Shown: positions 9,874-19,999 of the stretch, piece after piece | Layout: each line of letters starts with the position of its first letter | Numbering within the stretch: position 1 is the first letter of the stretch | Source: Candidatus Dadabacteria bacterium | GTDB lineage: Bacteria; Desulfobacterota_D; UBA1144; Nemesobacterales; CSP1-2 | NCBI GenBank assembly: GCA_040289575.1 | Contig: PSLL01000007.1 | Coordinates: forward strand, 76,918 to 117,598 | DNA: 40,681 nucleotides | Reading direction: 5' to 3' | Position numbers and translations under genes: made by a program | The notes under the pieces: generated by a model | The model's database searches: none | Told to the model about the DNA's origin: nothing | What the model saw: only the letters and a program-made list of their open reading frames with translations

Positions 9874-9900
9874 TTTATTTACTCGGAAGCCTTAGCGAGT

Positions 9901-10638
9901 TCATCGAACTGCCTGTGGAGACGTTGACGTAGGGATAAAATGTGCCCTCCTGTTCTGCTGATATGCCTCTTCCGTATTTCCTGGAGCCCACTGTTCGGTC
10001 TCACCTTTACTTATGGCCTCAAGCCTTGAAGGTGAAACACCAAGTCCAACAAGGTACGCCTTTACAGAATCGGCTCTTCTTTGACCCAGCGCCAGATTGT
10101 ATTCTTCGGTGCCACGCACATCGCAATAGCCCTCAATTACTACCAAAACGCCGGGATTGTTCTTTATAATCTCTGCATCCGCTTTAAGGACACCCCTAGC
10201 ATCTGCTCGCACATCGGATTTATCAAAATCAAAAAATACGTCCTGAAGCCCAATGTCAAGACCCTTCGATAATCCCCCCCCTTGCTTCAACTCCTCGAGC
10301 TTCTGCTCTCTTGCCTGCTGCTCCTGCGGGGTCGTTGCTGATTCCGATTTTGCGATAATCGCTTTGCCTTTCGCCTCTATAGCTTTGAATCTCGCCTCTT
10401 CGAGAAGCTCGCGAGCCTCTTTATTCCGCCCCTGGGCCATCAGGTCTTTAGCTCTCTTAATGAGGTCCTCGGCAGCCTGATACTCAGCGGGAGCCAATTC
10501 TGGCGCTCCTACCTCCTTAGCGGATTGAAGAGCCGCTTCAGCATTAGTAAGTTCTTCATTCGGCCTTGCGCAACCAATTACGTAAAGAGCCACAACTAAG
10601 ACAGAAAACCCCGCTAGAAGGACTCCTACTTTCTTCAT
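9901..10638 (-). CDS. pal: DUF4398-Pal peptidoglycan-associated lipoprotein
   Basis: Lipobox VIGC, then DVFFDFDKS..IEGYCDVRGTEEYNLALGQRRADSVK..ISKGE..NRRA. Immediately upstream of cpoB. Confidence 0.85.
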   Translation of the reverse strand: MKKVGVLLAGFSVLVVALYVIGCARPNEELTNAEAALQSAKEVGAPELAPAEYQAAEDLIKRAKDLMAQGRNKEARELLEEARFKAIEAKGKAIIAKSESATTPQEQQAREQKLEELKQGGGLSKGLDIGLQDVFFDFDKSDVRADARGVLKADAEIIKNNPGVLVVIEGYCDVRGTEEYNLALGQRRADSVKAYLVGLGVSPSRLEAISKGETEQWAPGNTEEAYQQNRRAHFIPTSTSPQAVR

Positions 10639-10846
10639 AAGGGCTACCTCCTCCTTAACTCCTTTTGTAGCTTTATAATTAGATTGATACCTTATTTTAC
10701 AATCTAAGTCAAGAACATTTTATTTTACCTCTACTAAATCATTGAAGAATTTCACGGTCAATAAAGAGTTATCGCCTAATAGAGAATCGTGATATTATTC
10801 TTAAGTAGTAAGGCACCTAACCCAGTTTCTATTGAGGTAAACTTCA

Positions 10847-11428
10847 ATGAGCAAAGAAGAAGGAGCATCCGTTGCAGGAGCATTCTGGTCGCTTTCCCCC
10901 GTGGTTGCAATTACAAGTTCATATCATGGCAGGGTGAACGCACAGATTGCGGTGACCGTTGTTACTGCATCAATCGTCCACTCGATTCCGAGGCTTCTTG
11001 TAGGAATCTGGAAAGGGAATTATACACATGAATTTATCATAAACAGCAAAGCCTTTGCCGTGCATCTTCTAAGAAGAGACCAGATTCAACTGGTAAGAAA
11101 CTTCGGCTTTTATACAGGCCGGGAAAGAGAGAAGCTTAAAAATACTCCATACGAGCCAGGGATCACAGGAAGTCCTATTCTTAAAGACACCCTGGGCTAT
11201 GCCGACTGCAGGGTGATAAATGCAATGGATGGAGGCGATATGACCACATTCTTGGTAAATGTTGTAGATGGAGGAATAAATAGCCGCGGTGAGTGGATGA
11301 CACTTGATTACTTTTATTCTGCCGCCCCTACGGAGTGGATTACGGAATACGGAGAAAAACTCTCCCGCTCTGTATCGTTCTCGCTTGAGAGAATTCACAA
11401 AATAGATTATACGCCCTGGAGTCCGTAA
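10847..11428 (+). CDS. Flavin reductase-like (DIM6/NTAB) protein
   Basis: PVVAITS..GRVNA, NYTHEFI..SKAFAVH, NFGFYTGREREK, TGSPIL, DGGDMT. Confidence 0.88.
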   Translation: MSKEEGASVAGAFWSLSPVVAITSSYHGRVNAQIAVTVVTASIVHSIPRLLVGIWKGNYTHEFIINSKAFAVHLLRRDQIQLVRNFGFYTGREREKLKNTPYEPGITGSPILKDTLGYADCRVINAMDGGDMTTFLVNVVDGGINSRGEWMTLDYFYSAAPTEWITEYGEKLSRSVSFSLERIHKIDYTPWSP

Positions 11429-11505
11429 CAGAGGCGATGCAAGATGGGCGGTTCATGGTTTATCTTTATATCCCGCGCTGTGTATCACGCATCATAATTG
11501 GAGCG

Positions 11506-11534
11506 TTGACATCCAAAACCCCAAGATGTATTTT
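11506..11534 (+). promoter_or_regulatory. Sigma70-type promoter of thrC
   Basis: TTGACA-N17-TATTTT, ending 11 nt before the ATG. Confidence 0.6.
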
Positions 11535-11545
11535 GTTTTAGGAAA

Positions 11546-12886
11546 ATGAATAAATATAGAGCCTGGTTCCAGTGTATAAATGAAGAATGCGGTGAGATAT
11601 ATCAGCTCAATGAGATAATTTATCGCTGTAAGAGATGTGCAAATCTTCTTGAAGTAGTTCATGATCTAAAGCCCCTTAGAGAAAAAACCCCGGAAGAGTG
11701 GAAACAGCTTTTTGATAACCGCTACAGGCGTCAGGTCTGGCCTTACGGAAGCTCTGTGTGGGGAAAAAAGGAATGGGTCTGTCCCTACGTAGAAGACGAA
11801 AATGTCGTGTCAATGTATGAAGGCGCAACCAATCTTTTCTGGGCAGAGAGATTCGGGAAACAGGTTGGGATAGAAGACCTTTGGATAAAGATGTGTGGGA
11901 ACAGTCATACAGGCTCCTTTAAGGATTTGGGAATGACCGTTCTAGTTTCGGTTGTAAGGCAGATGATTGCAGATGGAGCAGACATTCCGGCCGTAGCGTG
12001 TGCATCCACCGGAGATACTTCGGCTGCTCTTGCTGCATACTGCGCAACGGCGGGGATTCAGGCAATTGTTTTCCTTCCTAGGAATAAGGTATCTGTTGCT
12101 CAGCTTGTACAGCCCCTGTCAAATGGTGCCCTAGTGCTTTCGCTAGATACGGATTTCGATGGCTGTATGGAGATGGTTCAAAAAATCTGCACTGATCATA
12201 ATATATACCTTGCAAATTCAATGAACTCTCTTCGGGTTGAGGGACAAAAAACGGTGAGTATTGAACTTTGCCAGCAGTTTGACTGGGAGGTACCGGAGTG
12301 GATAATCATCCCTGGTGGAAATCTGGGAAATGTATCCGCCCTCGGAAAGGGCTTTCTCATTATGTATGAGCTTGGCCTCATTGAGAGGCTCCCCCGAATA
12401 GTATGCGCTCAGGCTCAGCGCGCAAACCCTCTATATCTCAGCTATCTCAAGGGTTTCAAAGAATTCCATCCCGTAAAGGCACAGAAGACACTTGCAAGTG
12501 CAATTCAGATTGGAAACCCCGTGAGTGTAAATAAGGCAATCAAAATCCTAAAGATGTTTGATGGAATAGTTGAACAGGCAAGCGAAGAAGAGCTTTCTAA
12601 CGCCGCGGCGCTTGTGGATAGAACGGGAACATTTAACTGCCCCCACACGGGCGTGGCAATTGCAGCTTTCCTAAAGCTCCTTGAGAGGAAAATCTTCAAT
12701 CCCAAAGATAGGGTCGTGATAATCTCTACTGCCCACGGTCTTAAATTCGTTGAATTCAAAATCGGATATCACGAGAGAAGGCTTGAGGGTATAGTATCAA
12801 AATACGCCAATGCCCCCGTGGAACTGCCGCCCGATCTCAGAGAGGTGGAAAAGACGATATTTGAAAATATCGGGCAGAATAATTAA
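11546..12886 (+). CDS. thrC: Threonine synthase (long type with N-terminal zinc-ribbon-like Cys pairs)
   Basis: PLP lysine motif [52 protein letters not shown]. Confidence 0.95.
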   Translation: MNKYRAWFQCINEECGEIYQLNEIIYRCKRCANLLEVVHDLKPLREKTPEEWKQLFDNRYRRQVWPYGSSVWGKKEWVCPYVEDENVVSMYEGATNLFWAERFGKQVGIEDLWIKMCGNSHTGSFKDLGMTVLVSVVRQMIADGADIPAVACASTGDTSAALAAYCATAGIQAIVFLPRNKVSVAQLVQPLSNGALVLSLDTDFDGCMEMVQKICTDHNIYLANSMNSLRVEGQKTVSIELCQQFDWEVPEWIIIPGGNLGNVSALGKGFLIMYELGLIERLPRIVCAQAQRANPLYLSYLKGFKEFHPVKAQKTLASAIQIGNPVSVNKAIKILKMFDGIVEQASEEELSNAAALVDRTGTFNCPHTGVAIAAFLKLLERKIFNPKDRVVIISTAHGLKFVEFKIGYHERRLEGIVSKYANAPVELPPDLREVEKTIFENIGQNN

Positions 12887-12904
12887 CCACAACATTACAT
12901 GGCT

Positions 12905-13822
12905 CTAATCCCTTAACTCCCTCCCTGTCAGTCTTAAAAACACATCCTCTAGATTTGCACGGCGATGGAGAACCTCGAGGTCCCTTAATGAAAGGAGCCT
13001 CCTCCCTATTTCATCGCCATCTGATGAGAATATGTAAACCGTATCCCCTGCCCTCTCAGAGCTAAAACTAAGCCCATCAAGCTTAGCAAGAACCCTATTG
13101 TCCTCTGCGCGCCTTATCTCAAATACGTCTCTCCCAGCATATCTCTCAATAAGCTCCCTCGGGGGGCCTTCAACAACAATCTTTCCCGAATCCATAACCG
13201 CAACCCTGTCACAGAGCTGCTCAGCCTCCTCCATGTAATGCGTTGTAAGTATCATGGTAACCCCCTTCCTCTTCAGTTCGCGAAGCCTCTGCCAGATAAG
13301 ATGCCTTGCCTGTGGGTCAAGCCCCGTTGTAGGCTCGTCAAGAATCAAGAGCCTAGGCTCGTTGATGAGTGCCCTTGCAATTACAAGACGTCTCTGCATA
13401 CCCCCGGAGAGCTTTGTTACCTGCTCCTTTCTTCTCTCGTCTATGCTCATAAACTCAAGGAGTTCTCTCACCCTTTTCTCAGCATCTCTCTTAGGAATGT
13501 CATAGTATCGGGAGTAGACAATCAGGTTTTCAATCACGTTCAGGTCGGGGTCAAGGCTGTTTTCCTGAGGGGCTACACCGATCATCGCCTTTATTCTTCT
13601 CTTCTGATCCCTTACATCCAGACCGAAGACCCTCAAAGTTCCCGAACCAAGAGGGCTGTGACAATGGATCATACGGATTGTCGTCGTTTTCCCAGCCCCA
13701 TTTGGGCCTAAAAACCCATAGCACTCCCTCAGCATAACCTGAAAAGAAACACCGTCTACAGCGCGGATTGAGCCGAAATTCTTATATAAGTCCTTTGCAA
13801 ACACAACAGTCTCAGCAGTCAT
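12905..13822 (-). CDS. ABC-2 exporter ATP-binding subunit (NodI/DrrA-like)
   Basis: GPNGAGKTT, LSGGMQRR, LILDEPTTGLDPQAR, TTHYMEEAE, NLEDVFLRLTG. Confidence 0.93.
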   Translation of the reverse strand: MTAETVVFAKDLYKNFGSIRAVDGVSFQVMLRECYGFLGPNGAGKTTTIRMIHCHSPLGSGTLRVFGLDVRDQKRRIKAMIGVAPQENSLDPDLNVIENLIVYSRYYDIPKRDAEKRVRELLEFMSIDERRKEQVTKLSGGMQRRLVIARALINEPRLLILDEPTTGLDPQARHLIWQRLRELKRKGVTMILTTHYMEEAEQLCDRVAVMDSGKIVVEGPPRELIERYAGRDVFEIRRAEDNRVLAKLDGLSFSSERAGDTVYIFSSDGDEIGRRLLSLRDLEVLHRRANLEDVFLRLTGRELRD

Positions 13823-13913
13823 AATATGAGAAGAATACCCAAGGAAAGCACGGTTAGAAACATTTATGGATTAAAACACATCGGTTGGATTAATTTCAGT
13901 AAATGATAACCTC

Positions 13914-13936
13914 AGGGGCGAACGGACGTCCGCCCC
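13914..13936 (+). repeat. REP-like palindrome
   Basis: AGGGGCGAACGGACGTCCGCCCC, stem GGGGCG/CGCCCC. Confidence 0.6.
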
Positions 13937-13952
13937 GAGATAAATGCAAGCA

Positions 13953-14861
13953 CTATGTTCCAAACCTTATTATTAAATCGAGAAAATAATCCGCATTGGC
14001 AAAATCATTTACATTTTGGCCCACAGGAATCTGAACACCCATCCCAACGCTCACTATCTTACCGCCCAGTCTAATGCCGGGTGTAATGAAGGCCTCCGTG
14101 TGATTATTATTAAAAGAGGTGGTTGACACAAAGAGCGCCTCTAAGAGAAACGAGATCGAAAATGGAACGGGAAGCTCGGGGGTTACACTTCCAGTAACAC
14201 CGTATTTGAACCTAAGTTCAGTGTTATCGCCCTCGATTCTCTCGGCATTTGTAATTATCTCAGCACCGAAGTTTGCTTGAAAGCCGAAAATACCCGCGCC
14301 CGTTCCCAACACCAGATATGGGCTTAAGGTGGTAGCCTTTTTAACAAAATAGGGTAGGTCTCTGAAATACGCCCTTGCCGCCTCTGCGCCGAAACCATCT
14401 CTCGCGGTAGGGATCAAAACCTCGAATCCGCCCGTCAGGATTGCATAATCCAGATTGAGCAGAGCAAGCTTAGCCCCGATTCCTATGTTTCCAAAATTAT
14501 AATCGTCCTTCTCATTGGCTAGAAAAAGCCTTGTGCCTGTGCCAGAATCAAATGTGCCAGGGCCAAAGTTAACTACACCCGTAAAAGGAAACTTGGCATA
14601 TACACCTATTAGATTTTTAAATAGGTTTATATCCACCCTGTACTGGTTCATTATTAACGCCCCGCTTGGCGGGCTGTCTAGGTCTACCAACTCAACATTT
14701 GCCCTAATGCCCGTTATGGAATAAGGATTCTCAAGAAAGAAGGAATATGGAATCTGTGGTCCGGCAGCCTGTGTTCGCGGGGGAATAAAGAAGATCATAA
14801 GAATAACTAATAAGGCCGCCCGGATCCTTAAGCGACTAAAACATATTTGAGTCCCTTTCAT
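13953..14861 (-). CDS. Hypothetical exported protein, probable outer-membrane beta-barrel
   Basis: Signal peptide ending TQA/AG, many alternating amphipathic strands, FGNIGIGAK and FITPGIR segments, Phe near the C-terminus. Start chosen from GGAGG spacing. Confidence 0.7.
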   Translation of the reverse strand: MKGTQICFSRLRIRAALLVILMIFFIPPRTQAAGPQIPYSFFLENPYSITGIRANVELVDLDSPPSGALIMNQYRVDINLFKNLIGVYAKFPFTGVVNFGPGTFDSGTGTRLFLANEKDDYNFGNIGIGAKLALLNLDYAILTGGFEVLIPTARDGFGAEAARAYFRDLPYFVKKATTLSPYLVLGTGAGIFGFQANFGAEIITNAERIEGDNTELRFKYGVTGSVTPELPVPFSISFLLEALFVSTTSFNNNHTEAFITPGIRLGGKIVSVGMGVQIPVGQNVNDFANADYFLDLIIRFGT

Positions 14862-14942
14862 CCCGACCATACCTCCATAAAATTTTATAACCATCTATCG
14901 CGGGTTTGATTCTATCAAACCCGTGTTCCCATTTCAAGTCAA

Positions 14943-15971
14943 TATACTCGTTCAGTAGGTTAGTGACACATTACCTCCTTTGTTCCTTGCTCTTATCTAA
15001 CCAATCTCGATAATACTCATTTGGCGTTAGATAATCAATCCCCCGGTGTGGCCTTACATAGTTATAAGTATGTTCCCACCTCTGAAGCTGCTTATTGTGT
15101 TCAACCAAACTTAGTTCTATTTCCTCTAGCTCATAAAACTCTTCCCTATGAGTCCTGTTGGCTCTCTCTACACATCCATTTAGCCTTGGTGATCTTGGAG
15201 GAAGAACAAATAACGGATATGTCATTTGTAGATAATCCAAAAAGTTAGCAGCACAAAAGCTTGTTTGTCTTGAGTACACTCTTATCCCATCCCACTTGCT
15301 TATTACGTCTGTTGCACTAAATTGATACCTTACTTGATTGGGAAGAAGCCTAATGGTCAGTGTATCTACCTCAACCAGATCCCCAGGGGGATTTAACTTC
15401 ATAACCCTTTGGTTTTCTTACTGCATACCTTCGTTTAATTCTCCGCTTTCTAGCTAATTTCACCATTGCATCATTAACGGGTTCTAAAAGAAATCCCTCT
15501 TTGTTTTAGCCTCTTAATCACTCTTCCAACTGTAGATGTAGAAATACTGATCCCCTCACTACTTCGAAGTATTACCAGTTTATCTTTTCCCCATCTTGGG
15601 TATTGTCCCCTTAGTTGTCTAATCCTATCCATAACCTCAGTTGGAGTCTGTGGTTTTCTTCTCCTATGTGGCCTAGATGTTCTTGATTCTAATGTACTTA
15701 AATCATGGGGATTAAACCTCCTCTTCCAACGGTAGAATGTCTGAGAGGGGAGATGCCATAATATCTGCAAACTTTCCTGGCATTACCTGTAGGTCTTTAG
15801 TAATCAAACCACATTAATCTTTTCTTAACTTCTTTTGAAATATTGATTCTTCTTTCTAAAGAGGCTAAGTAACTGCCTCTGGGTAGAGCCGTTGCGTATC
15901 TATTCATAGTGACACCTATTTTACCACTGCTCATACTTCTTAAGTGTCACTAATGTTTCTGAACGAGAACA
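14943..15971 (-). mobile_element. Decayed IS481-family insertion sequence
   Basis: Imperfect terminal IRs TATACTCGTTCAGTAGG-TTAGTGACAC (from 14943) and TGTTCTCGTTCAGAAACATTAGTGACAC (minus strand from 15971) enclose transposase fragments. No target duplication visible. Confidence 0.85.
14971..15907 (-). pseudogene. IS481 / integrase-core transposase pseudogene
   Basis: ATG at 15907, in-frame TAA at 15797-15799, frameshifts near 15747, 15497 and 15388. Motifs CRYYGISP/QTFYRWKRRF, YPRWGKDKL, PGDLVEVDT, NGCVERANRTHREEF, YNYVRPH. Second catalytic Asp segment deleted near 15220. Confidence 0.9.
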
Positions 15972-16068
15972 TAGGATTTATGAGGTTTATGCCCGGTTCT
16001 CGTGGCGGATAAGAACTCGAATCCATGGAATTTGTAGAAATCCATTAATTTAGTTATCATTAAAACGA

Positions 16069-16728
16069 ATGGGTCATCTGCTGAAGGGGCTTTATGCAAT
16101 AACCGATAAAAAGCTCATCCCGAGAAATAGGTTTATAGAAAATGTAGAAAAAGCCGTCCGGGGCGGGGCTAAAATAATACAACTCAGGGAAAAAGACAGC
16201 CCAGAAGAGGAAGTTATAAGATTGGGAAGAGGACTTCTTGAGATTACAAGAAGGTACGGTATTCCACTAATTATAAACGATTCGCCAAAACTCGCAAAAG
16301 AAATAGGAGCCGATGGAGTCCATCTTGGACGTGACGACCCAGGAATTCTTGAATCAAGAAGGCTCCTTGGAGGCCATGCCATAATTGGGGTCTCGTGCTA
16401 CGGCGAGATTGAAAGGGGCTTATGGGCAGAGAGGGAAGGGGCAGATTACGTGGTTTTCGGAACACCCTTTTTTACACCCACAAAGCCTGATAGAAAACCC
16501 ACTCCTTTTGAGGTTCTAAGAGAGGCAAAAAGAAGAATCGCAAAGATTCCTGTCTTTGCCATTGGCGGAATAACAAGAGAAAACGCGCCCTCTGTCCTTG
16601 AAACAGGGGTTGACGGGATTGCTGTAATTACGAGCATCTTTGGTTCATCCGACCCGGAGAAAGCCGCACGGGGTCTTGCCAGCTTATTTGAAGATACATT
16701 TATCTTCGAGAACTGCTCCAATCCCTGA
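16069..16728 (+). CDS. thiE: Thiamine-phosphate synthase
   Basis: GLYAITD, IQLREK, PLIIND, ADGVHLGRDD, IIGVSCY, TPTKP, FAIGGIT, GIAVITSIF. Confidence 0.96.
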   Translation: MGHLLKGLYAITDKKLIPRNRFIENVEKAVRGGAKIIQLREKDSPEEEVIRLGRGLLEITRRYGIPLIINDSPKLAKEIGADGVHLGRDDPGILESRRLLGGHAIIGVSCYGEIERGLWAEREGADYVVFGTPFFTPTKPDRKPTPFEVLREAKRRIAKIPVFAIGGITRENAPSVLETGVDGIAVITSIFGSSDPEKAARGLASLFEDTFIFENCSNP

Positions 16729-16859
16729 GGTAGCAATAAATGAAGAAATATCAACTAACTGACGTTTGTTAAATTTAGCCATATCTTGTTAACACTGTCG
16801 CTATAATTTCTGTGAAAATCTAATAAAATCAATATCATACATTCTATATCAAGTAGAAG

Positions 16860-16875
16860 CGGAACAAAATTTGCA
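16860..16875 (+). promoter_or_regulatory. Possible sigma54 (-24/-12) promoter with no downstream gene
   Basis: CGGAAC-AAAAT-TTGCA matches TGGCAC-N5-TTGCW spacing. Confidence 0.4.
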
Positions 16876-17003
16876 TAATAAAGAAATATAATGATTACAG
16901 CAACTTAGAGAGATTTAACAAATATCAGCTAAATGACCGAGAAATATTCGGGCTTATTATTGGGTGTAAGATCGTATAAGTTATAACTTTCTCATAACCA
17001 AAT

Positions 17004-17697
17004 TCATCTTGCAATCCACCCGCCATCTATATGTAGCATGCTTCCTGTCATGAATTCAACCCCCTCTTCACAGAGAAATAACACTCCACGAGCAATTTCC
17101 TCCGGTTTTCCAAGTCGCTCCATTGGATTATAGGATTCCCATAGCTTCCAGCTAGCTTGTGGATCCTCAGTTTGATCAAATAGTCCTGTTACCATCGGTG
17201 TCACAGTGGTTCCGGGGCATATTGCATTAACACGAATTCCATCTTTTGCGTATTCAACTGCCATGGCTCTTGTTAGCTGTGCGATGGCTCCTTTGGTTGC
17301 AATGTACGCGGCACATCCAGGAGCAGCTCTTTCTCCAAGTAAGGTAAGTACCTCGTACATTTACAGCAAATGTCTTATCCCATATATCAGTGGGTGTTTC
17401 ATGTGTTGTATATACCCAGAGGACACCTGCGTTGTTAAAAAGTATATCAATTCTGCCGTATTTATTAATTACATAATCAACTACCTCTTTGCAGTCTTCT
17501 TCTTTTGAAACGTCACTTACAAGGTAGTCAATTTCTAAGCCTTCCTTCTTTGCTTCTTCCACGGTTTCCTCTAAAGTTTTCTCAGTACGACCTGTGATTA
17601 TAACTTTTGCACCTTCCTTTGCAAAAAGAAGAGCAGTTGCTTTTCCCAGTCCTAGACTTACACCAGTGATAAGGGCTACTTTATCTTCGAGTTTCAT
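17004..17697 (-). pseudogene. Short-chain dehydrogenase/reductase pseudogene
   Basis: MKLEDKVALITGVSLGLG..NNAG..NVRGTYL in one frame and AAYIATKGA..GIRVNAICPG..IDGG in another. The GSIVNxSS segment is missing at the junction near 17340. Confidence 0.9.
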
Positions 17698-17701
17698 TGA
17701 A

Positions 17702-18689
17702 CTAATCCCCCTCATCCCAAATTTTTAAAAACTTTTTGTTCGATTTGTCCATATCAAAATGTTCTATATTTCCTATTATTGGTAGGTTTAGATCCAAATT
17801 TATAGATTTTACTTTTTCACAACTTCTGGTCTTCTGTGCTGCCTCCCAACCGAGCATAGCTCGCTTCCTTGCAGAGCCCCACCTGTAATCACCTATGATA
17901 CCAATCTTGTAAATGATTCGATGACATGGGATGATATAACCAATTGGATTTGCCATCATTGCTTTCCCAACTTCATGTACAGCATAAGGCTTCCCAATTA
18001 AATTAGCGATGTCTGTATAAGATAGTACAAATTCTGAAGGGATACTCAGCAATGCTTTCCAAACTTGTATTTGGAGATTGGTTCCTTTCAAATACAAATT
18101 CAGTTTGGGTTTATCTTTCTTATTAGAAGAGACAAAAATCTGATCTACATAACGCCTGGGTGATACCTGAGTTTTCTGAGAACTTAGCCCCAAACCATTC
18201 ACTTTTGAGATCTTTGATGGCTTCTTCGCAATCCCCTCCTTGGGCAACAAAAGAAAGTCCGCATATTCCTCTCTCGGTAACTGAGAGTAGACAATCACCA
18301 AAAGGACTAGGATGAATCCCATATATAATTTCCAAACTTTCGCCTTTGTTCTTGAATTCTCCTGGCGTTATAGCATCAACCGTGACGAATAAGTCATGGA
18401 GACGACCTAGGCTTGATAATCCTGATTTATATGTGACTTCGAGTAAGCTCCTAGATTCTTCAAGAAGTCTCTTGGCATATTCTATAGTCAAGAGCTTCAA
18501 GAATTGCTTAGGACTGATACCCGCCCAACGTTTGAACAACCTTTGGAAGTGGTATTCGCTTAGGTGTACATGGTCGGCGATTTCTTTTAGGCTAGGCTGT
18601 CCGCGAAAGTTCTGCTCGAGAAAGAGAATAACTTGCTCTATTCGAGAGTAATCCTTCGATGATAAGGTCAAACTATTCTTTGACTGCAA
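17702..18689 (-). pseudogene. ada: Ada-like AraC-HTH / methylated-DNA-protein cysteine methyltransferase, frameshifted
   Basis: LSEYHFQRLFKRWAGISPKQF..GRLHDLFV, SPFG in one frame and KGTNLQIQVWKALL..NPIGYIIPCHR..YRWG in another. Shift near 18152. TTG start at 18689 behind AAGGAG. Confidence 0.88.
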
Positions 18690-18727
18690 TATCTGGCTCC
18701 TTCTGCTCACCTTCCTGTCATAACTGA

Positions 18728-18770
18728 AATATAAAATTTACCGTTTATTCTAGCAACCCGATTCTTGCTA
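18728..18770 (-). promoter_or_regulatory. ada promoter with overlapping palindrome (candidate autoregulatory box)
   Basis: Minus strand TTGCTA-N17-TATATT. TAGCAA-N8-TTGCTA palindrome at 18751-18770. Confidence 0.5.
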
Positions 18771-18920
18771 TTTCTGATTTTAGGTAGCCGGATGTTTTCA
18801 GATGAGATCTTAACCAGCACAAGAAGACTTTTAAAAATCCTAATATAGGATTAATCGGAGAGAAAAGCCTTAGGTACTGAGACTTCTTTTAAAAAAGACA
18901 AATCAATCATCGAAAACTAC

Positions 18921-19685
18921 TTACTGAATAGTGTTATGAATACCTCCGGCAGCCTTTCTTTTTATCTCTTCCCACTTCTGGATTATAACCCGTAGCACCG
19001 ACTGCACTTCTTCCATTTGGCCTTTGTTTATATAAGCAAGCATTTCCCATATCTCTTTTACTGAACGCTCATCTTTCATAGTATAAGGATTGATAAAAGA
19101 GCATATCCCTCCATAATCCAAGAGCAGATACCCAGATAAGTCAAAACCTGAAAGCCAAGCGTGAAGTTCGAGAGCTTCGGATCGAATCTTATTCAGCTTG
19201 AGGAAAAGAGGTGATTTTAGCTCGGCCTTTTCATATTTTTGAAAGACTTTATTTATAATTTCATTTGCTTCTTTTAGCCTTTCAAGACTGAAATTGATTT
19301 TTGTACAATAATGAATTCTCCCAAATCCCAAGTGGGTATAGAAGAATTTTCTTTCTTCATCCTTAAATAGGGTAAACCAATGGAGTGGTATATAATTCTC
19401 ATGGTACAAGATATAAGTGTTTATTATAGAACTACGAAGGGAAATATAGTACTTACCCTCGTTATCCTTCATAAAGAAGCAATCTTCGATCTCCCCTTCG
19501 TCAATTCCAAGATGCTTTGATAGTGCTTTTCTAAAGATCTCATATTCTTTTCCAAACCACACTCCATACGGTGAAGTAGGTCCACCCCAGTATTGCTCGT
19601 AAAAAGTAATATATTTATTCCAGTAACTCCTCCTTTGTCCAAATCTATCAAGTGGCTCATAAACAATTAGCATACTTGTAGCCAT
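18921..19685 (-). CDS. Conserved hypothetical protein
   Basis: Intact 254-aa ORF from ATG 19685 with YEPL..F, IPLHWF..F...ER and LDYGG motifs. Confidence 0.75.
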   Translation of the reverse strand: MATSMLIVYEPLDRFGQRRSYWNKYITFYEQYWGGPTSPYGVWFGKEYEIFRKALSKHLGIDEGEIEDCFFMKDNEGKYYISLRSSIINTYILYHENYIPLHWFTLFKDEERKFFYTHLGFGRIHYCTKINFSLERLKEANEIINKVFQKYEKAELKSPLFLKLNKIRSEALELHAWLSGFDLSGYLLLDYGGICSFINPYTMKDERSVKEIWEMLAYINKGQMEEVQSVLRVIIQKWEEIKRKAAGGIHNTIQ

Positions 19686-19843
19686 AAAGAAATTGATAAA
19701 CGAAACTAAATGCAAAGTCAACTTATGAATCCGGCTCAACTCAAAAGAGGGATAGATGACAGACTCAAAGGAATCTCAATCTATATGGTTTGCTACGCTT
19801 GAAATGACAATTTAGAGGGTTATAAGGCTGGATATAAACTTAG

Positions 19844-19999
19844 CCCAGTGGTAATGACTGTAGTGAGAATTACCAAACCAACACTGTAGTTACTCTTACT
19901 GCTACTGCCAATTCCGGCTCCAAGTTCGCGGGTTGGAGTGGGGATCCAGATTGTGCCGATGAAGTGGTCTCTATGAACGCTGCCAAGACCTGTAATTGA
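19844..19999 (+). pseudogene. Remnant of a divergent InlB B-repeat (bacterial repeat) surface-protein domain
   Basis: Startless frame PSGNDCSENYQTNTVVTLTATANSGSKFAGWSGDPDCADEVVSMNAAKTCN*, with VTLTA..GS.F.GWSG signature. Confidence 0.8.

Noticed and set aside
15972..16068. TPP riboswitch upstream of thiE
   Set aside because: No CTGAGA/ACCTGA core, and the predicted promoter sits directly before the ATG.
18140..18165. Programmed frameshifting in ada (also considered for DUF3943 and Uma2)
   Set aside because: No X XXY YYZ slippery heptamer or long homopolymer at the shift sites, so simple indels are more parsimonious.
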